The notes: a model not told the origin generated them from the sequence alone. A stretch of 64,000 bases of DNA from Malacoraja senta (GCA_038087875.1 CM075991.1:9054001-9118000); one strand, 5' to 3'; positions 34,041-46,459 are shown, counted from the first letter of the stretch. Made by a program: numbers and translations.

Positions 34041-35370
34041 TCAGATTCAGATTCAGATTCGGATTCAGATTCAACTTTATTGTCATTGTGCAGAGTACAG
34101 TACAGAGACAACGAAATGCAGTTAGCATCTCCCTAGAAGAGCGACATAAATATGAGCAATAAATAAATCTAATAAATCCTGGTGGGAGGAGTGTCCGGGC
34201 GGGGGGGGGGGGTGATTGGCAGTCACCGAGGTACAGTGTTGAGTAGTGTAACAGCCGCAGGGAAGAAGCTGTTCCTGGACCTGCTGGTCCGACAACGGAG
34301 AGACCTGTAGCGCCTCCCGGATGGTAGGAGAGTAAACAGTCTGTGGTTGGGGTGCGAGCAGTCCTTGGCGATGCTGAGCGCCCTTCGCAGACAACGCTTG
34401 CTTTGGACAGACTCAATGGTGGGGAGTGAGGAACCGGTGATGCGTTGGGCAATTTTCACCACCCTCTGCAGTGCTTTCCGGTCAGAGACAGAGCAGTTGC
34501 CATACCATACTGTGATACAGTTGGTAAGGATGCTCTCGATGGTGCAGCGGTAGAAGTTCACCAGAATCTGAGGAGACAGATGGACCTTCTTTAGTCTCCT
34601 CAGGAAGAAGAGACGCTGGTGAGTCTTCTTGACCAGAGTTGAGCTATTATGGGTCCAAGAGAGGTCATTGGAGATGTTGACCCCCAGGAACCTGAAGCTG
34701 GAAACACGTTCCACCTCCGTCCCGTTAATGTGGATGGGGGGGTGCGTGCCGCCCCTAGACTTCCTGAAGTCTACAATGAGCTCATTGGTCTTCTTGGAGT
34801 TAAGGGCCAGGTTGTTGTCAGCGCACCATGCTGCTAGGAGCTGGACCTCCTCCCTATAGGCCGACTCATCGTTGTTGCTGATGAGGCCAATCACCGTTGT
34901 ATCATCTGCATACTTGATGATGGTGTTAGTACCATGTACAGGTGTGCAGTCGTAGGTGAAGAGGGAGTAGAGGAGGGGGCTCAGCACACAGCCCTGTGGA
35001 ACGCCGGTGTTCAGGGTGAGGGTTGAAGAGGTGTGCTTGTCTAACCTAACAGACTGGGTGGGGTCTGTTGGTTAGAAAGTCCAGTATCCAGTTGCAGAGG
35101 GAGGGGTCGATGCCCAGGTCACCGAGTTTGGTGATCAGTTTAGAGGGTATGATGGTGTTGAATGCTGAGCTGTAATCGATGAACAGCATTCTTACGTAAG
35201 TGTCTCTGTTGTCGAGGTGGGAGAGGGCGGAGTGAAGTGCCATTGAGATGGCATCCTTCGTACTCCTGTTCTTGCGGTAGGCAAACTGATAGGGATCCAA
35301 TGTGGGGGGTAGGCAGCCTTTGAGGTGTGCCAGGACCAGCCTCTCGAAGCACTTGGCGATGATGGGAGTA
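34041..35370 (-). mobile_element. Rex1/Babar LINE, 5'-truncated, with RT domain (frameshifted)
   Basis: [54 protein letters not shown]; (GAATCT)n tail. Confidence 0.93.
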
Positions 35371-35694
35371 AGTTATCAGGCAACTGAACCATCCAGTCAC
35401 CAACTAGAGAGCGGTTCTGACCTACATTCTACCTCATTGGAGATCCTCGACTACCTTTAATCGGACTTTTCTGCCATTTATCTGGCAATAACATTATTCC
35501 CTTTATCCTGTATCTGTGCACCGTGGGCAGCTTGATTTTCATCAAGTATAGTCTTTTCGCTGACTGGATAGCACAAACTAAAAAAGCTTTTCCCTGTACC
35601 TCGGTACACCTGACAATAAACTAAACTAAACTTTGATGATCCCTCTACCAGAAATAATTACTTGCTGTCTTCCAACGCCTGTATTTATGTTCAT

Positions 35695-36370
35695 ACGTTC
35701 TAGGTGCAGAATTAGGCCATTTGGACCCTGTTCAAGTCTACTCCGCCATTCAATCACGGCTGATCTACCTTTCCCTCACAACCCCATTCTCCTGTCTCCT
35801 CCCCCTAAACCCCAGACACCCGCACTAATCAAGAATCTATCAATCTCCGCCTGAAAAATATCCATCGTCACGCCCTCCACAGCCTTCGGTGGCAATGAAT
35901 TCCACAGATTCACCACCCTCTAACTCAAGGGTTCCCAACCTCGGGTAAATTTACCCCCAGGGGGTAAATTTTGCCTACCCAGGGGGTAAATTTGTTGCTT
36001 CTGGATTTGTAGATATTTTTTCTCATTGACGGACTGTGTTTGGTTCTGGTACACCGGTATTTGTTCATAAATAAGTGAAGTAACATTGTTAATTGCTATT
36101 AAAGTTGCCAAGGGTAAACGGGACGAAAAAGGTTGGGAAGCCCTGCTCTAACTAAAGAAATTCCTTATCTCCTTTCTAAAGGTATGTCCTTTTACTCTGA
36201 GGCTATGACCTCTGCTCCGAGACTCTCCCACTAGTGGAAACATCCGCTCCGCACCCATTCTACCCAGGCCTTTTACTATTCGGTAAGTTTCAATGAGGTC
36301 CCCCTTGTATTTTAAAGTCCAGCGAGCACAGGCTCAGTGTCTTCAAACGCTCATAATATGTTAACTCACT
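35695..36370 (-). mobile_element. CR1 3' fragment interrupted by a hAT MITE
   Basis: CR1 3' UTR and C-terminal motifs on the minus strand. Confidence 0.8.
35926..36145. mobile_element. hAT (Charlie-like) MITE, 220 bp
   Basis: TIRs CAAGGGTTCCCAACC / GGTTGGGAAGCCCTG; 8-bp TSD CTCTAACT at 35918-35925 and 36146-36153; subterminal GGGGTAAA repeats. Confidence 0.9.
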
Positions 36371-36763
36371 CCTAAGGGCTCTTACAAATAGCGGAGTCAG
36401 GGGATATGGGGAGAAGGCAGGAACGGGGTACTGATTGGGGATGATCAGCTGAATGGCCCACTCCTGCACCTATGATCTATTGTCTATTGTCTATTGTCTA
36501 TTGTCACTCATTCCTGGAATCATTCTTGTTGTTCTCTTTATTTGGATACGGAGAACTAATATCAGCAATGTATTCCCAATGCCCTGCCTTCATAACACCA
36601 GTGACTTGTAAAGCCTGCCTCAATTCTGCCAGCTGGAAAAGCCTGTGAGTGTTTTTTTTTAAGTTTTCTCCAACTGTTACCCCGTTCTCCCCATGACCAC
36701 GTGGGATTCCTCTGAAATCTTCGGTTTCCTCCGACACTCCAAAGACATACAGGTTTGTAGGTT

Positions 36764-36885
36764 CACAAAAATGCTGGAGAAACTCAGCGGGTGCAGCAGC
36801 ATAGATGCTGCTGCACCCGCTGAGTTTCTCCAGCATTTTTTTGTGTACCTTCGATTTTCCATCATCTGCAGTTCCTTCTTTAACA
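36764..36885. mobile_element. PLE-derived fold-back insert, 15-bp TSD, inside an HE1 SINE
   Basis: ACAGGTTTGTAGGTT at 36749-36763 and 36886-36900; internal inverted arms. Confidence 0.82.
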
Positions 36886-37050
36886 ACAGGTTTGTAGGTT
36901 AATTGGCTTGGTATAAATGTAAAATGGCCCTAGTGTGTGCAGGGTTGGGTTAGTGCTGCGGACTCACTGGGCTGCACTGGTTCTCGAAATTAAACAAAAC
37001 TAAACTACACTTGAAATTGAACTTATTAAAAAAAAGTCATTGAAAATTAG

Positions 37051-38497
37051 ATAATAATAATTATAATAATAAAAGCTTTATTTCAGACACAGGTCCATAG
37101 AACACATCAAACAGTATAAGGAGATACAAAACTACATATAAAATTGCATATTAGCCTATAAGATATACAAGCTATTGCACCAATGCCGTCTTAGCCTAGA
37201 AGTGAATCTATAGCAGCTTTTCAGAGGGCTGACTAGGGCTTCAATTATGTGGTTCTCTGACTTATCCAGGCGACACATAAAACTAAACATCAGCTGTCTA
37301 AAAGGCCTGACTCACGAGTCTGCGGTCATTGGCGGCGAAACGGGAAGAATCTGCCGCCATAGACCGCGCACTCGTGAGAACGCACAATTCCGGGGCTGTG
37401 CGGCGGTGTTCCCAACACCGCACGGTGCTAAAATAAAACCTACACTGTTTAAAACTATATTCTTACCGCACAACCTCCACCAGTGATGCACGAGTGCGGC
37501 ACGGCCGCTCGCACGGGCCGCCGCCAGTGTGGCTCGAGCGCCGTGCGTCAAACCTCCACTGCCACAGCCTCCGCCAGTGAGGCACGTGCCTCCGCCAGTG
37601 AGGCACGTGTGCGGCACGGCCGCAGGCACAGCCACCGCTACAGCGCCGCGATCAGGACGGCCGCCACCACAGCCGCCGCTCGTGAGTCACGTGCGGCGGG
37701 CCGACGTCATCGCAGTCGGCCCGCCCTTTTTTTAACTTTCCGCAAGCACGTGGGACCCGCCGTGTTTGAATCACTCGGCCCCCGCGCAGCATCCGTGCGG
37801 CGCTCCGGTGGATAGGCTCGACGCTCTCGCCGTTGCCGTGCGGTCCCCGCTACCGGTGACGCCGCGCTTCACCACCGATGACCGCAAACATGTAAGACAG
37901 AGCCTTTAACAGTGCCTCACAGGTTGGCACTCTAGTGGACACTGGCACTATGCCATCTAGGGACACGAAGTAGCAACCTCATTGCATCATTGTATGCTAC
38001 CTTGAGCCTCTGCATACTCTTTTTCTTATAATTAGACCACAATTGAGCAGTATATAACGGTGTGATGTTGGTTCTGAACAGTGAACACTTCACAGATTCA
38101 GAGCACATAGAAAACTTCCTTATAAGCATGTTAGCTTGAAGATACATTTTACAGCGCTGTCGGTAGAGGTCTTTGTCATCCGTCCCGTCATTGGATCCGA
38201 CATGACCTAGGTATTTAATTTCCTCACACACAGCAAGAGGACTGTCTGACAAATAAAAAGTCCTCAGTGCTTCTAACTATCATTATGCGGCTTTTCTTAG
38301 CGTTATACTTGATGTCATAATCAAGGCCATACTGAGAGCACACTTTCAGCATCTGCTGCAGCCCAACACTATATGGACAGAGCAGGACCAGGTCATCTGC
38401 ATACATAAGATGATTAACAATAGTGTTGCCCACAAGACAGCCAGTTTTTAACCTATTTAACTGATTTGACAATTCATCCATATAAACATTAAATAAA
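37051..38497 (-). mobile_element. RTE-X-like LINE 3' fragment (RT, frameshifted), interrupted by a MITE
   Basis: LFNVYMDEL...GCLVG..IVNHLMYADDLVLLCP; KYLGH; DDKDLYRQ...ANMLIRKFSMCS.SVK.SLF; AATAAA plus (TTA)n tail. Confidence 0.8.
37302..37906. mobile_element. PIF/Harbinger-type MITE (full length)
   Basis: TIRs AAGGCCTGACTCAC / GTAAGACAGAGCCTT; TAA TSD at 37299-37301 and 37907-37909. Confidence 0.85.
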
Positions 38498-39069
38498 ATA
38501 GGAATAAAGTATAGCACGATAGACACAAAGTGCTGGAGTAACTCAGCGGGACAGGCAGCATCTCTGGGGAGAAGGAATGGGTGACGTTTCGGGTGGAGAC
38601 CCTTCTTCAGTCTTCCTTCTCTCCAGAGACGCTGCCTGTCCAGCTGAGTTACTCCTGCTTTTTGCGTCTACCTTCGGTTTAAACCAGCATCTGCAGTTCC
38701 TTCGTACACAAAGTAAAGAAAGATATTTTTTGCTCCCTCCTTGCCACCTACTGCACATGTCCACCAGTGTCAGTGAAGTCTCCCAGCTTTCTGCTCCTCA
38801 GGGAGACAATTATGCCAGGGATGTCTCAGACAGATTGATGTGCACCACAGCATTGACATCCGGTGGTAAACAAAATCCCTCCGTAATCCCAGGCATCCTC
38901 TTCTGACAGTGAACGTACAATAATCCACGTGGTAGTGCTGGTTAAAGGATAACTGCCGGTGATCTTTTACAAACTAGTCAGATACAGCCTGACGTGTCAA
39001 CTCGATCCTGTTGTCAATTCATTGGCATCTGTGTTAGAAGATTTCCTTTCAACTCCTGTTTCAGCAGCT

Positions 39070-39290
39070 TTAGAGTCATAGAGTGATACAGTGTGGAAAC
39101 AGGCCCTTTGGCCCAACTTGCCCACACCGGCCAACAAGTCCCAGCTACACAAGTCCCACCGACCTGTGCTTGGTCCCCATCCCTCCAAACTTGTCCTATC
39201 CATGTACCTGTCTAACTGTTTCTTAAACGTTGGGATAGTCCCAGTCTCAATTACCTCCTCTGGCAGCTTGTTCCATACACCCACCACCCT
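39070..39290 (-). mobile_element. CR1 3' fragment of the subfamily whose tail matches HE1
   Basis: VGVWNKLPEEV...FKKQLDRYM followed by GGGCCAAAGGGCCTGTTTCCACACTGTATC, the same tail as HE1. Confidence 0.8.
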
Positions 39291-39294
39291 TTAG

Positions 39295-39566
39295 ACTTTA
39301 GAGATACAGCGTGGAAACAGGCAATTTGGTCACCCATCACCCCGCACACTAACACTATCCCACACACATGAGGGGCAGTTTACAATTTTACTGAAGCCAA
39401 TTAACCAACAAACCTGCACATCTTTGGAGTGTGGGAGGAAACCGGAGCAGCCAGAAAAAACCCACATGGTTACAGACTCCGTACAGACAGCACCTGTAGT
39501 CAGGATCTAACCTGGGTCTCTGGCGCAGTGAGGCAGCAACTCTACCGCTATGTCACCGTGCAGCCC
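39295..39566 (-). mobile_element. HE1-type SINE
   Basis: HE1 layout. Confidence 0.85.
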
Positions 39567-40450
39567 ACTATGACTATGACTCCATGGAAAGCTTTGGGAT
39601 AGCAAAGAGACCACATGAAAGATCGCAATACGAGGCACACACGTGCAGTATGGCAGGAGTGCTCATAAGTTCATAAGTGATAGGAGCAGAATTAAGCCAT
39701 TCAGCCCATCATGTCTAATCTGTCATTCAATCATGGCTGATCTATCTTTCCCTCTCAACCCCATTCTCCTGCCTTCTCCCCATAACCCCTGACACCCATA
39801 CTAATCAAGAATGTATCAATCTCCACCTTAAAAAGATCTGTTGACTTGACCGCCACCGTTTTCTGTGGCAATGAATTCCACAGATTCACCACCCTCTGAC
39901 TAGAGAAATTCCTCCTCATCTCCTTTCAAAAGGGATGTCCTTTCATTCTGCAGCTACAGCCTCTGCTCCTAGACTCTCGCACAAGTGGAAACATCCTCTC
40001 CACATCCACGTCGGTCAGAGATGCCAGCTTTCCAGTTGCAACCTTTCCAGATGCCTTTCCAGTTGCAACCTTCTTCCACATTAACATGTGTTGTACAAAC
40101 TCTGTCACAGTGAGGGTTCGTAGCCTCTACCAAAGTCCTTTGGCCGAGGATCCACTTGGTAAGTGGAAGGAGAAGAAAGATGTGACCATGCAGATTGGCT
40201 CTGGTTACCTACTGACCCTGTAGACTGAACCAGTGCAATTTGCAACTGCAGGAGCTGGCCAGGACCAGCTCTATCCTTGCCAGCTTGTAAATGGGATAAT
40301 GGACAAAGCCCATGTGAGATGAAGCAGGTTAATAAATATACCAGCAGGTCAATAATAAGCATAATCGGACTGCGCCAGTGATAACTGGGGCTGTATGCAT
40401 CCCAATCGCTTGCTTCATCGACCTTGGCTGTTCTGGGCATGTTAGGTAGT

Positions 40451-40739
40451 TTGAAGAAGGGTTTCGGCCCGAAACGTTGCCGATTTCCTTCGCTCCATAG
40501 ATGCTGCTGCACCCGCTGAGTTTCTCCAGCATTTTTGTCTACCTTCGATTTTCCAGCATCTGCAGTTCCTTCTTAAACATGTTAGGTCATTTTAGGTTAG
40601 GTCATGTTAGGTCTGAAGAAGGATTTCGGCCCGAAACGTTGCCTATTTCCTTCGCTCCATAGATGCTGCTGCCCCTGCTGAGTTTCTCCAGCATTTTTGT
40701 CTACCTTCGATTTTCCAGCATCTGCAGTTCCTTCTTAAA
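40451..40739 (+). mobile_element. Tandem pair of ~127-bp hammerhead-bearing PLE terminal fragments
   Basis: Units 40451-40577 and 40613-40739, separated and flanked by CATGTTAGGT copies. Confidence 0.85.
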
Positions 40740-41354
40740 CATGTTAGGTAATTTGTTAGGTTTTTTACAATGCATTCTTAATGACTTTTTAAACAATTAC
40801 TTACTTCAATTTTGAACTTTTGAAATGTCGTTAAATGTCATAAAAAAAAGATCATTCATAGATTTTTGCAGCTGGCAAAATTGGAGCAGAACTTTATTGG
40901 TTGTCAATAGCCAAGACGGACATTTTGAGGACTGGGCCTTTGCATCTTCAAACAGTAACAAGGATACTAGCAAGGCTCCAGATATATATATTTTTGGTGA
41001 AGAGAAGGCTTACGGAGATACAGTCCGTTTCTGCCCTACCTCATTGGAGACAACTGGACTTTGTCTCTGGAACTGGTACGCTACAATGTTGAGAACTATA
41101 TTCTGCACTCTGCTCCACCTATTCTACTTGAGATTGGCTGAATCATAGTGATGGAATCATAGTGATAATTCTCACATAATAAGAATTATTATTGTGAATT
41201 CTTATTCACAATAATAAGAATAGAAATTGAAAAAAAGGATTGGAGGAACGTTGAGATTGAGGGAGGTTGTTAGCTGTGCCAGAGGGATCTCAGAAGGTAT
41301 AAAATAAGGGGGAAGGGGATTAAGAGTGACGGATAAAGAATTTCTCATTTTTGG

Positions 41355-42135
41355 AATCTGGAGTCATACAGTATGGAAACAAGCCCTTCAGCCCAACTCG
41401 TCCATGCCGACCAAAATGCCCCATCTAAGCTTGTCCCATTTGATCTCAATGGCCCATATCCTACTGAACAATTCCTATCCATGTATCTGTCCAAGTGTCT
41501 TTTAAATGTTGTTATTGTGCTTGTCTCAACTACCTCCTCCGACAATTCATTCTATACACTCCCACCATCTGAGTGAAAAAAGTTGTCTCTCAGGTCCCCA
41601 TTAAATTTTTGCCCCTCTCACCTTAAACCTCTGTCCTCCAGTTCTTGATTGCACCTTGGGTAATAGACACTGTGCATTCACCCTATCAATTCCCACTCAT
41701 GATTTTATACACCTCTATAAGATCAACGCTGGGCCTCCTGCGTTCTAAGGAATAAAGCCCCAACCTGCCCAATTCCCCTCCCTACCGCTCAAGCCTAGTG
41801 TCCTTGCCACATCCTTGCACATCTTCTCTGCACCCTTTCCAGCTCAATGACATCCTTCCCACAGTAGGGTGATCAAAAACTGAACAAAATAGTCCAAATA
41901 TGGCCTCATCAACATCTTGTACAACTGTAGAATAATGTTCCAACTTCTATCCTCAATGCCCCAACTGATGGAGGACAATGTACCAAAATCTTTCCTCACT
42001 ATCTTATCTACCTACAACACCACTGTCGGGAAACTGCGTACCTGTACTCCTAGATGCCTCTGCTCTACAGACGTCCCCAGGGCACTACCATTCGCTGTGG
42101 AGGTCTGCTCTGGTTTGACTTCAAGGAAATGCACT
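41355..42135 (-). mobile_element. Older CR1 fragment
   Basis: Degraded CR1 ORF2 C-terminus with HE1-like tail. Confidence 0.75.
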
Positions 42136-42352
42136 GCCTACCGATATGGTGGAGGCAAGATCCATTGCGGCCTTGGATAAATAAATGGTATGGAAGTATT
42201 TGCATAGCTCAGACTGGAAGTAGGACATGTGGGCTACACTGGTAGAGAACAGACATAGATACTTAGATACATAGAAAATAGGTGCAGGAGTAGGCCATTC
42301 GGCCCTTCGAGCCTGCACCGCCATTCAATATGATTATGGCTGATCATCCAAC

Positions 42353-45315
42353 TCAGTATCCCGTACCTGCCTTATCTCCATACCCCCTGATCCTTTTAGC
42401 CACAAGGGCCACATCTAACTCCCTCTTAAATATAGCCAATGAACTGGCCTCAACTACCTTCTGTGGCAGAGAGTTCCAGAGATTCACCACTCTCTTTGTG
42501 AAAAATGTTTTTCTCATCTCGGTCTTAAAGGATTTCCCCCTTATCCTTAAGCTGTGACCCCTTGTCCTGGACTTCCCCAACATCGGGAACAATCTTCCTG
42601 CATCTAGCCTGTCCAACCCCATAAGAATTTTGTAAGTTTCTATAAGATCCCCTCTCAATCTCCTAAATTCTAGCGAGTATAAGCCGAGTCTATCCAGTCT
42701 TTCTTCATATGAAAGTCCTGACATCCAAGGAATCAGTTTGGTGAACCTTCTCTGTACTCCCTCTATGGCAATAATGTCCTTCCTCAGATTTGGAGACCAA
42801 AACTGTACGCAATACTCCAGGTGTGGTCTCACCAAGACCCTGTACAACTGCAGTAGAACCTCCCTGCTCCTATACTCAAATCCTTTTGCTATGAAAGCTA
42901 ACATACCATTCGCTTTCTTCACTGCCTGCTGCACCTGCATGCCTACTTTCTATGACTGGTGTACCATGACACCCAGGTCTCGCTGCATCTCCCCTTTTCC
43001 TAATCGGCCACCATTTAGATAATAGTCTGCATTCCTGTTTTTGCCACCAAAGTGGATAACCTCACATTTATCCACATTATACTGCATCTGCCAAACATTT
43101 GCCCACTCACCCAGACTATCCAAGTCACCTTGCAGTCTCCTAGCATCCTCCTCACAGCTAACACTGCCCCTCAGCTTAGTGTCATCTGCAAACTTGGAGA
43201 TGTTGCCTTCAATTCCCTCATCCAGTTCATTAATATAAATTGTAAATAGCTGGGGTCCCAGCACTGAGCCTTGCGGTACCCCACTAGTCACTGCCTGCCA
43301 TTGTGAAAAGGACCCGTTTACTCCTACTCTTTGCTTCCTGTTTGCCAGCCAGTTCTCTATCCACATCAATACTGAACCGCCAATACCGTGTGCTTTAAGT
43401 TTGTATACTAATCTCTTATGTGGGACCTTGTCGAAAGCCTTCTGAAAGTCCAGATACAACACATCCACTGGTTCTCCCCTATCCACTCTACTAGTTACAT
43501 CCTCGAAAAATTCTATAAGATTCGTCAGACATGATTTACCTTTCGTAAATCCATGCTGACTTTGTCCAATGATTTCACCACTTTCCAAATGTGCTTCTAT
43601 CCCATCTTTAATAACTGACTCTAGCAGTTTCCCCACTACCGATGTTAGACTAACTGGTCTGTAATTCCCTGTTTTCTCTCTCCCTCCCTTCTTAAAAAGT
43701 GGGGTTACGTTTGCTACCCTCCAATCCTCAGGAACTACTCCAGAATCTAAAGAGTTTTGAAAAATTATCACTAATGCATCCACTATTTCTGGAGCTACTT
43801 CCTTAAGTACTCTGGGATGCAGCCTATCTGGCCCTGGTGATTTATCGGCCTTTAATCCATTCAATTTACCCAACACCACTTCCCGACTAACCTGGATTTC
43901 ACTCAGTTCCTCCATTTCCTTTGACCCGCGGTCCCCTGCTATTTCCGGCAGATTATTTATGTCTTCCTTATGTGAAGACGGAACCAAAGTAGTTATTCAA
44001 TTGGTCCGCCATATCCTTGTTCCCCATGATCAATTCACCTGTTTCTGACTGCAAGGGACCTACATTTGTTTTAACTAATCTCTTTCTCTTCACATATCTA
44101 TAAAAACTTTTGCAGTCAGTTTTTATGTTCCCTGCCAGTTTTCTTTCATAATCTATTTTCCCTTTCCTAATTAAGCCCTTTGTCCTCCTCTGCTGGTCTT
44201 TGAATTTCTCCCAGTCCTCTGGTATGCTGCTTTTTCTGGCTAATTTGTACGCATCATCTTTTGCTTTGATACTATCCCTGATTTCCCTTGTTATCCATGG
44301 ATGCACTACCTTCCCTGATTTATTCTTTTGCCAAACTGGGATGAACAATTTTTGTAGTTCATCCATGCAGTCTTTAAATGCCTTCCATTGCATATCCACC
44401 GTCAACCCTTTTAGAACTAATTGCCAGTCAATCTTGGCCAATTCACGTCTCATACCCTCAAAGTTACCTTTCTTTAAGTTCAGAACCATTGTTTCTGAAT
44501 TAACAATGTCACTCTCCATCCTAATGAAGAACTCAACCATATTATGGTCACTCTTGCCCAAGGGGGCACGCACAACAAGACTGCTAACTAACCCTTCCTC
44601 ATTACTCAATACCCAGTCTAGAATAGCCTGCTCTCTCGTTGGTTCCTCTACATGTTGGTTTAGATAACTATCCCGCATACATTCCAAGAAATCCTCTTCC
44701 TCAGCACCCCTGCCAATTTGATTCACCCAATCTATATGTATTGAAGTCACCCATTATAACTGTTTTGCCTTTGTTGCACGCATTTCTAATTTCCTGTTTG
44801 ATGCCATCCCCAACTTCACTACTACTGCTAGGTGGCCTGTACACAACACCCACCAGCGTTTTCTGCCCCTTAGTGTTTCGCAGCTCTACCCATACCGATT
44901 CCACATCCTCCAAGCTAATGTCCTTCCTTTCCACTGCGTTAATCTCCTCTCTAACCAGCAACGCTACCCCACCTCCTTTTCCTTTCTCTCTATCCCTCCT
45001 GAATATTGAATATCCCTGGATGTTCAGCTCCCAGCCTTGGTCACCCTGGAGCCATGTCTCCGTGATCCCAACTATATCATAATCATTAATAGCTATCTGC
45101 ACGTTCAACTCATCCACCTTATTACGAATGCTCCTTGCATTGAGACACAAAGCCTTCAGGCTTGTCTTTACAACGCTCTTACCCCTTATACAATTATGTT
45201 GAAAAGTGGCCCTTTTTGATTTTTGCCCTGGATTTGTCTGCCTGCCACTTTTACTTTTCACCTTGCTACCTATTGCTTCCGCCCCCATTTTACACCCCTC
45301 TGTTTCTCTGCTCAC
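42353..45315 (-). pseudogene. CR1 ORF2 (endonuclease-reverse transcriptase) with two frameshifts (~44740, ~43975) and one premature stop (42950-42952)
   Basis: CLNARSIRNK, GITETWL, GVVYRPP, MGDFN, GKSDHN, NYRPVSLTS, YLDFQKAFDKV, GVPQGSVLGP, FADDTKL, spread over four consecutive ORF-track segments. Confidence 0.92.
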
Positions 45316-45377
45316 CCATTTAAGAACCCCACCACCTCTTATTCTCTGTTTATTATTTTTTTCTTCTTTCCCCCCTA

Positions 45378-46261
45378 GTCGGTGGGCGGCGCGACTCTCG
45401 TTTGCAGCGGCCTCTGCAGTCCGTCTGTCTTTTTATTATTTTTGTCTCGTTTTTATGTAGTTTTTTATTTATTTTTTTGTCGGGGTATGTGTGTGGGGGG
45501 GTGGGGGTGGGGGTGGGGGGGGGAACCTTAAAATCTTTCTCCTGCACGGGAGACCCGACCTTTTCTTGTCGGGTCTCCGTTGTCGTTGGGGCTGGGCAAC
45601 GCGGAGCGACCTCCAGCAGGAACGACCTGGGGCTCCAGTTGCGGAGCTGCGGACTACTCACCGTCACGGGGCTGGCCGAGTCCGGAGTGGGTGGAGCTGT
45701 GGTGGAGACAATCGCTGCTGCTACCCGACCCCCGGAGATTCGGAGGCTACAGCCGCGGGTCTGGCGGACGGCAACACCGGAAGCCCGCGGGTCCCTGGGG
45801 GGAGACCGCTTTTCAGGGCTTCCGCAGCGGCGACTTCTCCCGCCCGAGTTGCGAGGTTGAAGAGCACCTGGAGCGGGGCTTTACATCACCGCCCCGCGCG
45901 GCTTGGAATGGCCGCCGGACTTTGCGAGCGCGCGCCGGGGCTCTAACACCAAGACCCGGTGCGCGACCTTGCATTAACCGGCGTGGCTTTAATGGCCGCG
46001 GGATAATCACCATCGCCCGCCGGGGGCTTTGACTTTGACTCTGACATCGGGGGGGGGGGGGAGTGCAGTGGAGAGATACGTTTTTTTTTGCCTTCCATCA
46101 CAGCGCTGTGATGGATGTATGTGTAAATTGTGTTGTGTCTCGGGTCTTCTTCGTTTTGTAATGTATGGCTGCAGAAACAACATTTCGTTTGGACCTCAAC
46201 GGGGTCCAAATGACAAATTTGTCCAAAAAGACAAATAAATTGTATTGTAAATTGTATTGTA
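45378..46261 (+). mobile_element. ~880-bp GC-rich non-autonomous element with Rex1-like 3' end and (TTGTA)n tail
   Basis: CpG-rich body with no TE-like ORF; AATAAA-(TTGTA)n terminus; splits the CR1 inter-ORF region. Confidence 0.65.
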
Positions 46262-46351
46262 CATGTTGGGTCTGAGTGCTTTCCTTCTCTGCCTCCTGCC
46301 TCACACACCGTCTACTAGCTTTCTCTATTTGAGTCCCTCCCCCCAACCGTT

Positions 46352-46459
46352 CTAGTTTAAAGTCTCCCCAGTAGCCTTAGCAAATCTCCCCGCCAGGATA
46401 TTGGTCCCCCTCGGGTTCAAGTGAAACCCATCCTTTTTGTACAGGTCGCACCTTCCACA
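46352..46459 (-). pseudogene. CR1 ORF1 SGNH-esterase-like C-terminal fragment
   Basis: Manual translation CGRCDLYKKDGFHLNPRGTNILAGRFAKATGETLN* (DG.HLN block). Confidence 0.8.

Larger units (their letters stand above)
42253..46459 (-). mobile_element. Long CR1 LINE: ORF1 esterase C-terminus, whole ORF2 (APE endonuclease plus RT) and 3' UTR; interrupted at 45378-46261
   Basis: See the ORF1 and ORF2 features; (TATGTATC)n tail at ~42253-42275. Confidence 0.93.

Noticed and set aside
40438..40749. CRISPR-like repeat/spacer appearance
   Set aside because: Eukaryotic context, identical spacers (PLE units), 10-bp repeats and no cas genes.
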